Origin: Alphaproteobacteria bacterium
Lineage (GTDB): Bacteria > Pseudomonadota > Alphaproteobacteria > Micavibrionales > SZUA-601
Length of the DNA stretch: 64,000 nucleotides
Assembly: GCA_965216395.1 (NCBI GenBank)
Contig: OZ244156.1
Span: 1,331,153-1,395,152, forward strand
Reading direction: 5' to 3'
Positions 10,597 to 20,038 of this stretch are shown in pieces. The notes beneath the pieces were generated by a model. The model saw only the letters and a list, made by a program, of their open reading frames with translations. It was not told the origin of the DNA and did not search any database. The translations under genes and the position numbers were made by a program. Positions within the stretch are counted from its first letter, which is position 1, and each line of letters begins with the position of its first letter.

Positions 10597-10689
10597 AGAT
10601 ATGTCATATTAAGATATAAGTTTACATATTGTTAATAATGTGCTAAGATTGTTGCAGAATCAGGTTATTATTTATTTGGAGATACGGTT

Positions 10690-11070
10690 ATGGTAAAAAA
10701 ATTTGAGGCACCAACATTGCAGGCGTTAACAAACGATATCCTAAGCCGACCGCCAAAATATGGCCCTAAAATGACCGCAATTGGTTATAGTATGAAAAAG
10801 CATCAAGAAATGCTTAATGTTTCAGCGGAAGACAGCTCCAAAACTTACAAAGCTAAGTCTCATATTGCAGTGTATAGGAATAACTCTACAGGGGAGGAGC
10901 ACCTCGTCACTGCCAGCGGTACGACACTAGAAAAATTGCAAGAATACAAAGATCAGGGTGAACTTATAATTGCAACATGTGAAGAAGGCTTTAGTTTTCA
11001 AAAAAATTATCTCACCAATGATCAAAAAGTTTTGAAAATGGCAGAAAAACATGGGTTTAAACCTAATTAA
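10690..11070 (+). CDS. hypothetical protein (126 aa) located between coxA and ctaB
   Basis: ORF preceded by ttggagatacggtt (GGAG). No recognisable motif. Confidence 0.5.
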   Translation: MVKKFEAPTLQALTNDILSRPPKYGPKMTAIGYSMKKHQEMLNVSAEDSSKTYKAKSHIAVYRNNSTGEEHLVTASGTTLEKLQEYKDQGELIIATCEEGFSFQKNYLTNDQKVLKMAEKHGFKPN

Positions 11071-11184
11071 AAAAGCATTAAAACCGATTTAAACGAATCA
11101 GAATCTGCAAAGAGAGAGTTGAACTTTCTTTTTTATTCTACCTTATCCCTAGCCAAAAAATAAAAAACACGGTAAAAATATTTT

Positions 11185-12066
11185 ATGACTTTTACCGTAA
11201 ATTCTTATGAGAATACTGTTTCCGATTATATCGCGCTTTTGAAACCGCGTGTTATGTCTCTTGTGGTCTTTTCTGGTTTGGCGGGTTTAATTATTGCACC
11301 GGGTACTATTCATCCATTTTTTGGGTTTGTGGTCATTTTATGTTTAGCCGTGGGTGCGGGGTCGGCCGGTGCGATGAATATGTGGTTTGATCGTGATATA
11401 GATAAAATCATGGATCGAACGAAAAAACGCCCTATCCCCGCTGGGAAAATTCATTCCAGTAATGCGATTGGTTTTGCAATTACTCTTAATATATTATCAA
11501 CCATGTTCATGGGTTTAGTCGCTAATTGGTGGGCGGCGGGATTATTAGCCTTTGCGACATTTTTTTACGCCGTCATATATACACAATACTTAAAACGATC
11601 AACCTCACAAAATATTGTTATTGGCGGCGCGGCGGGCGCTTTTCCACCAGTTATTGGCTGGGTGGCTGTAACAAATAATCCTTTTATGGTTGAACCTTGG
11701 ATATTATTCGCCATTATTTTTTTATGGACACCACCACATTTTTGGGCCTTAGCTTTAATCAATAACGATGATTATAAACGGGCTCAAATTCCTATGCTTC
11801 CGCTCACACATGGGGATCAAAACACCCGTTGGCAGATGTTTGCGTATACGTTTATCCTCTTTATATTTTCTTTAATGCCGTATTTTTTTGGCGCGGCTGG
11901 TATGCTTTATCTATTAAGCGCTTTTATTTTAAGTTTATTATTTATTATTTCGAGTATTCAGGTATTAAAATTAAAAACCAATAAATCTGCCGGCCTGATG
12001 TTTGGCTATTCAATTTTTTATCTTTTTGCTTTATTCACATTCCTTATCATAGATCGGATACTATAA
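11185..12066 (+). CDS. ctaB: protoheme IX farnesyltransferase (heme O synthase)
   Basis: UbiA-family blocks NMWFDRDIDKIMDRTKKRPIPAG and FLWTPPHFWALAL, in a polytopic membrane protein within the cox cluster. Confidence 0.93.
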   Translation: MTFTVNSYENTVSDYIALLKPRVMSLVVFSGLAGLIIAPGTIHPFFGFVVILCLAVGAGSAGAMNMWFDRDIDKIMDRTKKRPIPAGKIHSSNAIGFAITLNILSTMFMGLVANWWAAGLLAFATFFYAVIYTQYLKRSTSQNIVIGGAAGAFPPVIGWVAVTNNPFMVEPWILFAIIFLWTPPHFWALALINNDDYKRAQIPMLPLTHGDQNTRWQMFAYTFILFIFSLMPYFFGAAGMLYLLSAFILSLLFIISSIQVLKLKTNKSAGLMFGYSIFYLFALFTFLIIDRIL

Positions 12067-12170
12067 TGGATAACAAACGTAAAAAAAACTGGGCTGTTTT
12101 TATGAGTATCTTGGGGTTCATTCTCCTGATTTATTTAATCAGCATTGTCAAAATCATGATCATGGCATAA
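12066..12170 (+). CDS. small single-TM protein (34 aa) between ctaB and ctaG
   Basis: Below the size cut-off of the ORF track. The ATG overlaps the ctaB TAA (TAATG). Translation is MDNKRKKNWAVFMSILGFILLIYLISIVKIMIMA: a basic N-terminus followed by one hydrophobic helix. A small ORF at this position is common in alphaproteobacterial cox clusters. Confidence 0.45.
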   Translation: MDNKRKKNWAVFMSILGFILLIYLISIVKIMIMA

Positions 12171-12184
12171 CTGAAAAATAGATT

Positions 12185-12793
12185 ATGACTGAATTAAAAA
12201 CAAAAAATACCCGCGTTTTGATGCTGGTCTTTGCGATTGTATTCTTAATGCTTTCGTTGAGTTTTGCAGCTGTACCTGTCTATCGTTTATTTTGTCAAAT
12301 CACAGGATTTGGTGGCACGACACAAATTTCTCAATCATACCCAGAAGGGCAATTTGATCGAGAAGTGACCGTGTCTTTTAACGCTAATACACACCGTGAC
12401 TTACCATGGGACTTTAAACCTGAAATGCGTGATATTACCGTATATATCGGCGAAAAAGGCATCACAAATTACATAGCCCATAATAAGTCAAATGTCGTGA
12501 CGGTGGGAACCGCGGTTTATAATGTGACACCGCTCAAAGTAGGGAAATATTTTTATAAAATTGCGTGTTTTTGTTTTGATGAACAATTTTTAAATCCCAA
12601 GCAAACTGTTGATATGCCCGTTATGTTTTATATTCACCCCGATATCTTGGATGATCCTAATATGGATGATGTCAAAAATATTACACTTTCTTATACATTT
12701 TTCAAACCCGATTCAAAAGCACATGACAAAGCGATGGAAGAATATTATGAACGACCCAATTATGCGATCACACCTATGGTAAAAGAGAATTAA
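12185..12793 (+). CDS. ctaG: cytochrome c oxidase assembly protein CtaG/Cox11
   Basis: N-terminal TM anchor, the copper-binding CFCF motif (KIACFCFDEQ) and PVMFYI(H)P. Confidence 0.9.
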   Translation: MTELKTKNTRVLMLVFAIVFLMLSLSFAAVPVYRLFCQITGFGGTTQISQSYPEGQFDREVTVSFNANTHRDLPWDFKPEMRDITVYIGEKGITNYIAHNKSNVVTVGTAVYNVTPLKVGKYFYKIACFCFDEQFLNPKQTVDMPVMFYIHPDILDDPNMDDVKNITLSYTFFKPDSKAHDKAMEEYYERPNYAITPMVKEN

Positions 12794-12795
12794 TT

Positions 12796-14295
12796 ATGAA
12801 ACAAAGTGCTTACAAAAAGTTAGAAACAAAACTTATCCATCTTAATCGCATCGGACGCGTACAGAGTTTACTGGGCTGGGATATGGAAGTATTCATGCCT
12901 CCTCATGGTATCCAATCACGATCAGAAAGCTTAAGCGCATTGACAGAATTTCTGCATGAACGTTTTTCTTCCCATGAAATGGGGGGCATGATTTCTGACG
13001 CTATGGCAGAATACGATTCACTTGATAGTTGGGAGCAGAGAAATCTCACATTAATTGAAGAAAATTATCAACTCACAAGAGTTATTCCAGCAGAACTTGC
13101 TGTTCGCTTATCAGAAAAAAGTACATTATGTAGCCACGCATGGCGGGAAGCGAAAAAAACCGGAAATTGGTCGGATATTTTACCGCTTTTTGAAAACTTG
13201 TTTGAAAATGTAAAAGAAACAGCAAAAATCCATGGTGACTATTTAGGTAAAACACCATATGACGCTTTAATTCATCAGTATGATCGCAACAGCTCTGTAA
13301 AAAAGATTGATCAAGTATTCAATGTCATTAGAAATGAATTGCCAAAATTAATTGATCAAATCATTGAACAGCAAGAAAACTTAACATATAAGTCAATACC
13401 ACATGTCTCCGTTACAGAGCAAAGAAAGATCGGTACACTATTTGCTGAAATTTTCGATTTCAAATCTGATTTTGGTCGATTAGATGAATCATCTCATCCC
13501 TTTAGTAGTTATATGGGTCACGGTGATGTCCGCATTACAACACGCTATGAACCAGATAATTTTTATTCAGGCATCGCTGGTATTGTCCATGAAATAGGCC
13601 ATGCACTATATGACCAAAACTTACCAAAAGGACATTCAGGAACACCGGTTGGTTTTTCTAATGGTATGAAAATACATGAATCCCAGTCACTCATTTTTGA
13701 ACGTCATTTTCTTAATCACGATCAGATGCTGCGCTATATTTATGACTTTTTAGTCGATGAGAATATTTTTGATAAAAATCAAATTTCGAGCCCAGATTTT
13801 ATTAACCACGTTCGCCACGTGAAAAAATCTTTTATTCGGGTTGATGCCGATGAAGTGACTTATCCAGTACATGTCATCATTCGCTATGAAATTGAAAAAG
13901 GGTTATTTGACGGCACGATTAAAGTTAAAGACATTCCTGTTATTTGGAATGACCTTTACCAAAAATATCTTGGTATTACACCAGAAAACCATTCCGACGG
14001 ATGTTTACAAGATGCACATTGGTATTCTGGTGCGTTCGGCTATTTTCCAACCTATAGTTTAGGTGCCATCGCCGCAGCCCAGCTTTACGAAACACTTCTT
14101 AAAGAGAAACCACAGATAGAGGTTGATTTTAGCAGGGGACAAATAACCAAAGCGCGCGCATGGTTAACAGATAAAATCCATAAATGGGGATGTTTATATG
14201 ACCCTGATCAGCTTATCAAGAATGCGACAGGTAAAGATTTAGATCCTGACATATTTCTGAATCATCTTCGTAAACGATATATTGACGATTTTTAG
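12796..14295 (+). CDS. M32 carboxypeptidase (Taq-type metallocarboxypeptidase)
   Basis: HEIGHALY (HExxH), HESQS, and IRVDADEVTYPVHVIIRYEIE (M32 signature IRxxADEVTY). Confidence 0.9.
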   Translation: MKQSAYKKLETKLIHLNRIGRVQSLLGWDMEVFMPPHGIQSRSESLSALTEFLHERFSSHEMGGMISDAMAEYDSLDSWEQRNLTLIEENYQLTRVIPAELAVRLSEKSTLCSHAWREAKKTGNWSDILPLFENLFENVKETAKIHGDYLGKTPYDALIHQYDRNSSVKKIDQVFNVIRNELPKLIDQIIEQQENLTYKSIPHVSVTEQRKIGTLFAEIFDFKSDFGRLDESSHPFSSYMGHGDVRITTRYEPDNFYSGIAGIVHEIGHALYDQNLPKGHSGTPVGFSNGMKIHESQSLIFERHFLNHDQMLRYIYDFLVDENIFDKNQISSPDFINHVRHVKKSFIRVDADEVTYPVHVIIRYEIEKGLFDGTIKVKDIPVIWNDLYQKYLGITPENHSDGCLQDAHWYSGAFGYFPTYSLGAIAAAQLYETLLKEKPQIEVDFSRGQITKARAWLTDKIHKWGCLYDPDQLIKNATGKDLDPDIFLNHLRKRYIDDF

Positions 14296-14331
14296 TGTAA
14301 TAAAGAATATCAAGACAAAACTTTAAGAGAT

Positions 14332-15147
14332 TTGAACATGGCAAAAAAGATTAAATACGGTACAACGGATAAACCCCACCCCTATCACATTGTTGACCCC
14401 TCACCCTGGCCTTTATTGGCTTCGATTGCCGGAGTTATCACGGCATGGGGTGCAGTTTCTTTATTTCATGACGGCACATGGTGGAAATTGATTATCGGTT
14501 TGAGCGTGATGGCTTTTACTATGTTCGTTTGGTGGGGTGATATAATTAAAGAAGCTTACCGCCAAAAAGCTCATACACCCATTGTTAAAATTGGGATGCG
14601 CTATGGCATGCTCCTATTTATCATGTCTGAGGTTATGTTTTTTGTCGCCTTTTTTTGGGCGTATTTCCATGTTAGTCTTTTCCCAACGGATGAAATTGGC
14701 GGCATATGGCCACCAGCGAATATCGAAACGATTTCAGCCTTCGATTTACCCTTTATGATGACGATGATCTTGCTGCTTTCGGGATGTACCGTAACATGGG
14801 CGCATCATTCTTTAATTGAAAACAAACAAAAAGATACGGTTAAAGCATTGGCCTTAACCGTTGCTCTGGGTGTTATTTTTAGCGGTTTTCAAATTTATGA
14901 ATACTACCACGCTGCCTTTGGTTTTAAAGATACAGTTTTTGCCTCAACTTTTTATATGGCTACTGGTTTCCATGGCTTTCACGTTATCGTTGGGACAATT
15001 TTTCTCTTCGTTTGCATGTTAAGGGCTAGAAAAGGGCATTTTACGCCCTCTGATCATTTTGGTTTTGAAGCGGCGGCTTGGTATTGGCATTTTGTTGATG
15101 TTGTTTGGCTGTTCTTATTTGTCGCTATTTATTGGTATGGAGGCTAA
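14332..15147 (+). CDS. coxC: cytochrome c oxidase subunit III
   Basis: Typical blocks HPYHIVDPSPWP, TGFHGFHVIVGTIFL and AAAWYWHFVDVVWLFLF. Confidence 0.95.
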   Translation: MNMAKKIKYGTTDKPHPYHIVDPSPWPLLASIAGVITAWGAVSLFHDGTWWKLIIGLSVMAFTMFVWWGDIIKEAYRQKAHTPIVKIGMRYGMLLFIMSEVMFFVAFFWAYFHVSLFPTDEIGGIWPPANIETISAFDLPFMMTMILLLSGCTVTWAHHSLIENKQKDTVKALALTVALGVIFSGFQIYEYYHAAFGFKDTVFASTFYMATGFHGFHVIVGTIFLFVCMLRARKGHFTPSDHFGFEAAAWYWHFVDVVWLFLFVAIYWYGG

Positions 15148-15149
15148 AT

Positions 15150-16064
15150 TTGGTTGATAAACCAGAAGAATTAAATGATACAGAATCTTCTTCATCTGAA
15201 GAGGAAGAAAAAGAAGTTAAAAATTCCAAGAACATCTTTAAAGATACAATAAAACCGCTTCTTAAAGATACGTATCAAGATTTTAGAAATAATTTTCAAC
15301 CCGGTGTTATAACAACGCTTTGTGCTTTTATTCTATTTTGTATTCCTTTTGGGTTAGGGATTTGGCAAATTCAAAGATTACAATGGAAAACAGCGCTTTT
15401 GGCCGATATTGCCGAAAAACAAAATAGCTATATTTATGATTTTAGCGTCATCAACCCGTTCCAAGATTGGCAATCTTTGAATTATCGGCGCGCTTTTGCC
15501 GTGGGTGATTTTATGTTCTTGCGTTCCATTAAACTTAAACCGCGCACTTATAAGGGACAAGTCGGTTATCATCTTTTAACGCCGATGCGTCTTCAAGATG
15601 GTGGAACCATTATTGTCAATCGCGGTTGGGTACCAGAAGGGCATCATATTACAGAAGAATATTGGAATGCAGAAAATGTCAAAATTACTGGCATATTAAA
15701 ACAAGCAAAAAAACCAAATCGCTTTACACCAGAAAACAAACCGAAAAATAATGAATGGTACTGGCCTGATATCCATTTAATCAGTCAGCATGTTGGCATT
15801 GATCGCGTTGCGCCGATTATTTTTTATCAAGATCATCAAGAAGCAGAAACAGATCAAGATATAAGCTATCCGATTGGTGGTCAAATTAATCTGAATATAC
15901 GCAATAATCACAAAGCCTATGCAACAACTTGGTTTTTACTTGCGGTCAGTTTGGTTATTGTTTGGTTTTTCTATAGTTGGAAATCACCCCCATCAAAAAA
16001 AGAAAATGAAAGTGCGCCTGAAAACAGCCAAGAAATAAGCGATGACAACGCCGCGCATCCGTGA
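15150..16064 (+). CDS. SURF1-family cytochrome oxidase assembly protein
   Basis: SURF1 blocks GIWQIQRLQWK and IIVNRGWVP, with N- and C-terminal TM helices. The track ORF begins at the ATG at 15105, inside coxC. I prefer the in-frame TTG at 15150, which lies 6 nt after GGAGG (15139-15143) and just after the coxC stop. The protein has an unusual acidic/Ser-rich N-terminal extension. Confidence 0.8.
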   Translation: MVDKPEELNDTESSSSEEEEKEVKNSKNIFKDTIKPLLKDTYQDFRNNFQPGVITTLCAFILFCIPFGLGIWQIQRLQWKTALLADIAEKQNSYIYDFSVINPFQDWQSLNYRRAFAVGDFMFLRSIKLKPRTYKGQVGYHLLTPMRLQDGGTIIVNRGWVPEGHHITEEYWNAENVKITGILKQAKKPNRFTPENKPKNNEWYWPDIHLISQHVGIDRVAPIIFYQDHQEAETDQDISYPIGGQINLNIRNNHKAYATTWFLLAVSLVIVWFFYSWKSPPSKKENESAPENSQEISDDNAAHP

Positions 16065-16107
16065 TAAACATCTGTCCCTTGAATAAATCAAATTATAAGA
16101 AGTCATT

Positions 16108-17376
16108 ATGAATCACAACTCTATCAAAGTCACTAAATTGGATAATGGCCTGACCATTGCGACAGATACAATTGATACGGTCGAAAGTGTTTCTCTTGGG
16201 ATATGGGCCGGCTCTGGTGCTCGTCAGGAAACAAAAGCCAATAACGGTATTGCTCATTTTCTTGAACATATGGTTTTTAAAGGCACCGAGACACGTAGTT
16301 CACAAGATATTGCGGAGGCGGTTGAAAATGTTGGTGGGTTTATGAACGCCTATACATCCTATGAAATGACCGCTTATTACGCGCGTGTATTAAAAAATGA
16401 CATGGCCTTAGCCTTTGACATTGTCAGCGACATTTTAACGAAACCCGCCTTTGAGAAAAAAGAAATGGAACGCGAGCGTGGTGTGATCCTTCAAGAAATT
16501 GGTATGCGCCAAGACAGTCCCGACACACTTGTATTTGATATGATGCAAGAAACCGCCTTTGGCGATCATCCGCTAGGTTGGCCTGTTATTGGATCGGCCG
16601 ATATCATTTGCAACGCCCCACGGGAAATGATTTTTGATTTTATGGATCAAAACTACTATGCAGAAAATCTTGTTTTAACCGCCGCGGGTAATATTAGCCA
16701 CGATGACCTTGTGTCTCTGGCTCAAAAAAATCTTAATAACCTAAAGAGTAAAAAACAAAAAAATATGCAGCCAGCACTTTATTATGGTGGTGATAAACGT
16801 GTTGAAAAAAATCTTGAACAAGTTCATGTTCTTTTGGGGTTTGAAAGTGAAAACTACCTGAGTGAAGATTACTACGCCGCCGTTATTTTGAGTACATTAA
16901 TGGGTGGAGGTATGTCATCACGCTTGTTTCAAGAAATTCGTGAGAAACGCGGCTTAGTTTATTCAATCTATAGTTATAATGCCTCTTATCGTGATACGGG
17001 TTTATTTGAAATTTATGCAGGAACGGGTGAAAAAGAAATTATCGAACTAATCCCAGCGCTATGTGATACATTACAAACATCTGTTGGACATTTCACGGAT
17101 AAAGAAATTAACCGCGCTAAAACGCAAATCCGCGCGGGTAATCTGATGGCACTGGAAAGTACATCCAGTCGATGTGATAAATTAGCCCGCGGTATCTTAA
17201 GCCATGGCCAACCACGTTATTTGGATGATATTATTGCCAGAGTGAACGCCGTCACAAGAGAAGATTTAGACCGCGTCGCCCAAAAGATCTTTTCTGGCAA
17301 ACCATCGGTTTCTGCAATTGGGCCGATCAAAAACCTTGAACCCTATGATCAAATTCAAAAACGTTTTAACGCATAA
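16108..17376 (+). CDS. M16-family (pitrilysin/MPP-like) zinc peptidase
   Basis: Inverted zinc motif HFLEHMVFKGT followed downstream by REVILQE-like ERGVILQEI. Size of 422 aa is typical. Confidence 0.88.
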   Translation: MNHNSIKVTKLDNGLTIATDTIDTVESVSLGIWAGSGARQETKANNGIAHFLEHMVFKGTETRSSQDIAEAVENVGGFMNAYTSYEMTAYYARVLKNDMALAFDIVSDILTKPAFEKKEMERERGVILQEIGMRQDSPDTLVFDMMQETAFGDHPLGWPVIGSADIICNAPREMIFDFMDQNYYAENLVLTAAGNISHDDLVSLAQKNLNNLKSKKQKNMQPALYYGGDKRVEKNLEQVHVLLGFESENYLSEDYYAAVILSTLMGGGMSSRLFQEIREKRGLVYSIYSYNASYRDTGLFEIYAGTGEKEIIELIPALCDTLQTSVGHFTDKEINRAKTQIRAGNLMALESTSSRCDKLARGILSHGQPRYLDDIIARVNAVTREDLDRVAQKIFSGKPSVSAIGPIKNLEPYDQIQKRFNA

Positions 17377-17378
17377 AA

Positions 17379-17408
17379 AATCAGCCAAGTCAAAAAACTT
17401 GGCTGATT
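17379..17408. terminator. 12-bp perfect hairpin between convergent genes (probable bidirectional terminator)
   Basis: aatcagccaagt-caaaaa-acttggctgatt, flanked by an A-run on the left and T-containing sequence on the right. It sits between the stop at 17376 (+) and the stop at 17428 (-). Confidence 0.6.
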
Positions 17409-17427
17409 GATACATAAAATCAAAATA

Positions 17428-18333
17428 CTATCTAATTGTAAGACCCAAACCAGTGTATCTTTGTGTACGGTATCCGTGTTCCAAACGCTGTGTTCTACCA
17501 GCTACAAATTGAAGAGTGGTTTCTGTACCGCCCTTACTGCGAAACGTTTTATTCACCTCAAACATAGCATTGACATCAAAGCGTGTGCCAGCATCTACTT
17601 GATTGTGGCTATTAATAATACTCGCGCCAGAATTTAGATTAACGTTCCAACCATCTTTATCAATAAGTGGTAAGTTATGGCGAAAACCAACTAATGCAGC
17701 TGGTAATTTTTGCTTTCTTTGACCTGTTTCGTGATTTTCTGGTCTCAGAGAATTACCAACCTCAGCGACAAGTGTAATATCTTGATTTAAAAAATCTCCA
17801 AGATTTGTAACATATTCAGCGCGTGTAAACACATTATTTGTAACCGGATGAAAACCACCACTGATTTTGAAATCTTTGTGATTTTCATATGTGACAAAAG
17901 GAAGAAATGGTACTGCAATTCCATTTGTCTGCCCGTCTAAGGAAGAATAACCAATCGGCATTGTCAGGGACCATTTATTGTTATTGCTTAACTTAATTTC
18001 CTGAAACGCATTAACCGAGTAATCGCTATTCTCACTGACAAGGACGTGTGCACCAACTCTTTGAATCTGACCAACTGGAATATTATTAACATTTTCATTT
18101 TGTCGTAGCTTAGCAAAAACTTCATTAGCAACAGTTTCTAATTCATCGATCTTTTTATGAGTTTCATCCAAGTGTGATAAAATTATTGATTCTAAAGAAA
18201 CAGACTTGTTTTCATCAACATTCTCAACTTTATTCTTTTGTTTTTTATCTTGCGAAGGTCGATTTTGGCTAAATAAAGCACCGGAAACCAACATTGTTGT
18301 CGCTAAAAGGACGGATTTAAAAAGATTTTTCAT
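17428..18333 (-). CDS. putative outer-membrane beta-barrel protein
   Basis: Signal peptide MKNLFKSVLLATTMLVSGALFSQ. The C-terminal two thirds show alternating hydrophobic/polar beta-strand-like patterns. No named family recognised. Confidence 0.4.
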   Translation of the reverse strand: MKNLFKSVLLATTMLVSGALFSQNRPSQDKKQKNKVENVDENKSVSLESIILSHLDETHKKIDELETVANEVFAKLRQNENVNNIPVGQIQRVGAHVLVSENSDYSVNAFQEIKLSNNNKWSLTMPIGYSSLDGQTNGIAVPFLPFVTYENHKDFKISGGFHPVTNNVFTRAEYVTNLGDFLNQDITLVAEVGNSLRPENHETGQRKQKLPAALVGFRHNLPLIDKDGWNVNLNSGASIINSHNQVDAGTRFDVNAMFEVNKTFRSKGGTETTLQFVAGRTQRLEHGYRTQRYTGLGLTIR

Positions 18334-18674
18334 TTTTTTTCTCTTATTATTGTGTGAGGATATTTAACAGTCTATTAACTATTAAGATCATTAATAACAC
18401 GAATCTTTACATTATGTCAATAAATAATATGCAAAAACTTTACTCTTTGACTTGTTTGACATATTTTTATAAAAAATATGGGGAAATTATAGACTTTGAT
18501 AAAATATTAAATACGGTCAACACCTGCACGTTTGATGAAATTATTGATTATTCGAAGAAAATTATTACGGGCAAGAAAGTTTTGCCGCTGAAATCCATAC
18601 AAACTGCCCTGAAAGCGATCTGCCCAACCGTTAGAAAGTTTTGGATATCTTGAATTTAAAATAATGACCTTTTA

Positions 18675-19376
18675 CTAAGATAAAAACATTAAAAGCCGTT
18701 TTTTAAATTCTGCATTTTGATCAGGGTTATCCTGTAAGTAATTGTAAATATTGTGTGGCGCTTGAGGGTATGAGATAAACTGATGAGATGGGTTATGTTG
18801 CATCGCAGAACGATATCGATCAAAAATTTCTGCAGGGATCACTTCATCTCTACCCCCTGTAATCATCATTACTTTATTAGAATAATTTTGCATGATCTTA
18901 AAGGCATCTGTATTTTGCCAACTTTTCTTTTGTCGAATAATTTGTGTGAAATCATGCCCAAAATTGGCCGTATAAGCAGCGCAATCATAGGCTGCAGGGC
19001 AGAATAGTATAACATGACTTACGTCAAAAAGTGGCAGCATTTTTACTGCCATATAGGCGCCCATGCTTGATGCAATAATTTTTAATGGTTTCTCAAAATG
19101 ATAATTGTCTAAAACAATCTTGATATCTGTCATTCGGTTGTGCAAACTTTGGTCGTTCAGATAACCGCTACTTTTGCCAACACCGGAGAAATGAAATGCC
19201 AAGGCAGGATAACCATTTTGGCTTATAAAATCAGCTAAATCACGCGTATTCTCACCCGGATCTATTTTTGCGCCGCCATGCAAAAACAAAATAGCAGGTT
19301 GGTCATTATGATTTTTACAATGTAACCGCGTATAGATCTGACATCCTTTTTGAGAAATAATCTTTTCTCTAATCAT
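18675..19376 (-). CDS. alpha/beta-fold hydrolase
   Basis: LFLHGG oxyanion-type block, nucleophile elbow ASSMGA (GxSxG-like) and a late His (PQAPHN). I prefer the start at Met25 (19376, MIREK...) because the longer ORF overlaps the upstream yqgE-like gene. Confidence 0.65.
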   Translation of the reverse strand: MIREKIISQKGCQIYTRLHCKNHNDQPAILFLHGGAKIDPGENTRDLADFISQNGYPALAFHFSGVGKSSGYLNDQSLHNRMTDIKIVLDNYHFEKPLKIIASSMGAYMAVKMLPLFDVSHVILFCPAAYDCAAYTANFGHDFTQIIRQKKSWQNTDAFKIMQNYSNKVMMITGGRDEVIPAEIFDRYRSAMQHNPSHQFISYPQAPHNIYNYLQDNPDQNAEFKKRLLMFLS

Positions 19377-19378
19377 TT

Positions 19379-19978
19379 TTATGCTTGACCAGAAAATGAG
19401 GATAAACGATCCACCGAAATACCAGAAAGCTCTAGGGCGTTTTGCCATCTCTTCGCCACCGGGGATTTGAATAAAATATCGGTATTAGCAGGCACACAAA
19501 TCCACCCATTATCTCGCAATTCTTCATCAAGTTGACCCGCAGACCAACCAGAATACCCTAAGCAAAAAATACTCTTTTCAGGCCCTTGCCCTTTGGCAAT
19601 CTTGGATAACATATCAAGCGATGTGGTCATGGCAATATTATTGTTTTGATCGATAACCGTATCAGGCAACTGCATATCGGGTGTATGTAGAACAAATCCG
19701 CGACCAATTTCAACAGGACCGCCAAGTAGAACTGCATAATCCGTTAGATCTACAGAGTAATCAATATCCAGCTGTTCGAGCAAATCAACGAAATGAATTT
19801 CTTCAAAAATTTTGTTAATTACAATACCCATCGCTTTGTCTTGATCATATTCCAACATATATATGACCGATCTTTCAAATCGGGGATCCTCCATCGCTGG
19901 AGAGGCAACCAGAAACTGACCTTTTAGGCCTTGATGATCAGGAATTTTATCCATTTTTTCTTTGGTAAGTCTTGCCAT
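19379..19978 (-). CDS. YqgE/AlgH-family (UPF0301) protein
   Basis: Family blocks GQFLVASPAMEDPRFERSVIYMLEYD, GIVINK, LLGGPVEIGRGFVLH and GYSGWSAGQLDEEL. Confidence 0.85.
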   Translation of the reverse strand: MARLTKEKMDKIPDHQGLKGQFLVASPAMEDPRFERSVIYMLEYDQDKAMGIVINKIFEEIHFVDLLEQLDIDYSVDLTDYAVLLGGPVEIGRGFVLHTPDMQLPDTVIDQNNNIAMTTSLDMLSKIAKGQGPEKSIFCLGYSGWSAGQLDEELRDNGWICVPANTDILFKSPVAKRWQNALELSGISVDRLSSFSGQA

Positions 19979-20038
19979 GAAACCAGATTAAGACATATGA
20001 TAATGAAATACTAGGTTATATTTACAAGGTAAATCATT

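Noticed and set aside
15105-15149. The ATG at 15105 as the SURF1 start (track ORF)
   Set aside because: It would overlap the last 43 nt of coxC and encode a non-conserved MAVLICRYLLVWRLN leader. The in-frame TTG at 15150 has a GGAGG SD and starts right after the coxC stop.
18354-18653. 99-aa plus-strand ORF in the 340-bp gap between the OMP-like gene and the hydrolase gene
   Set aside because: It has a GTG start without a clear SD, a very AT-biased composition (Ile/Asn/Lys/Tyr-rich) and no motif. It could be real (perhaps from the ATG at 18414), but I cannot support it.
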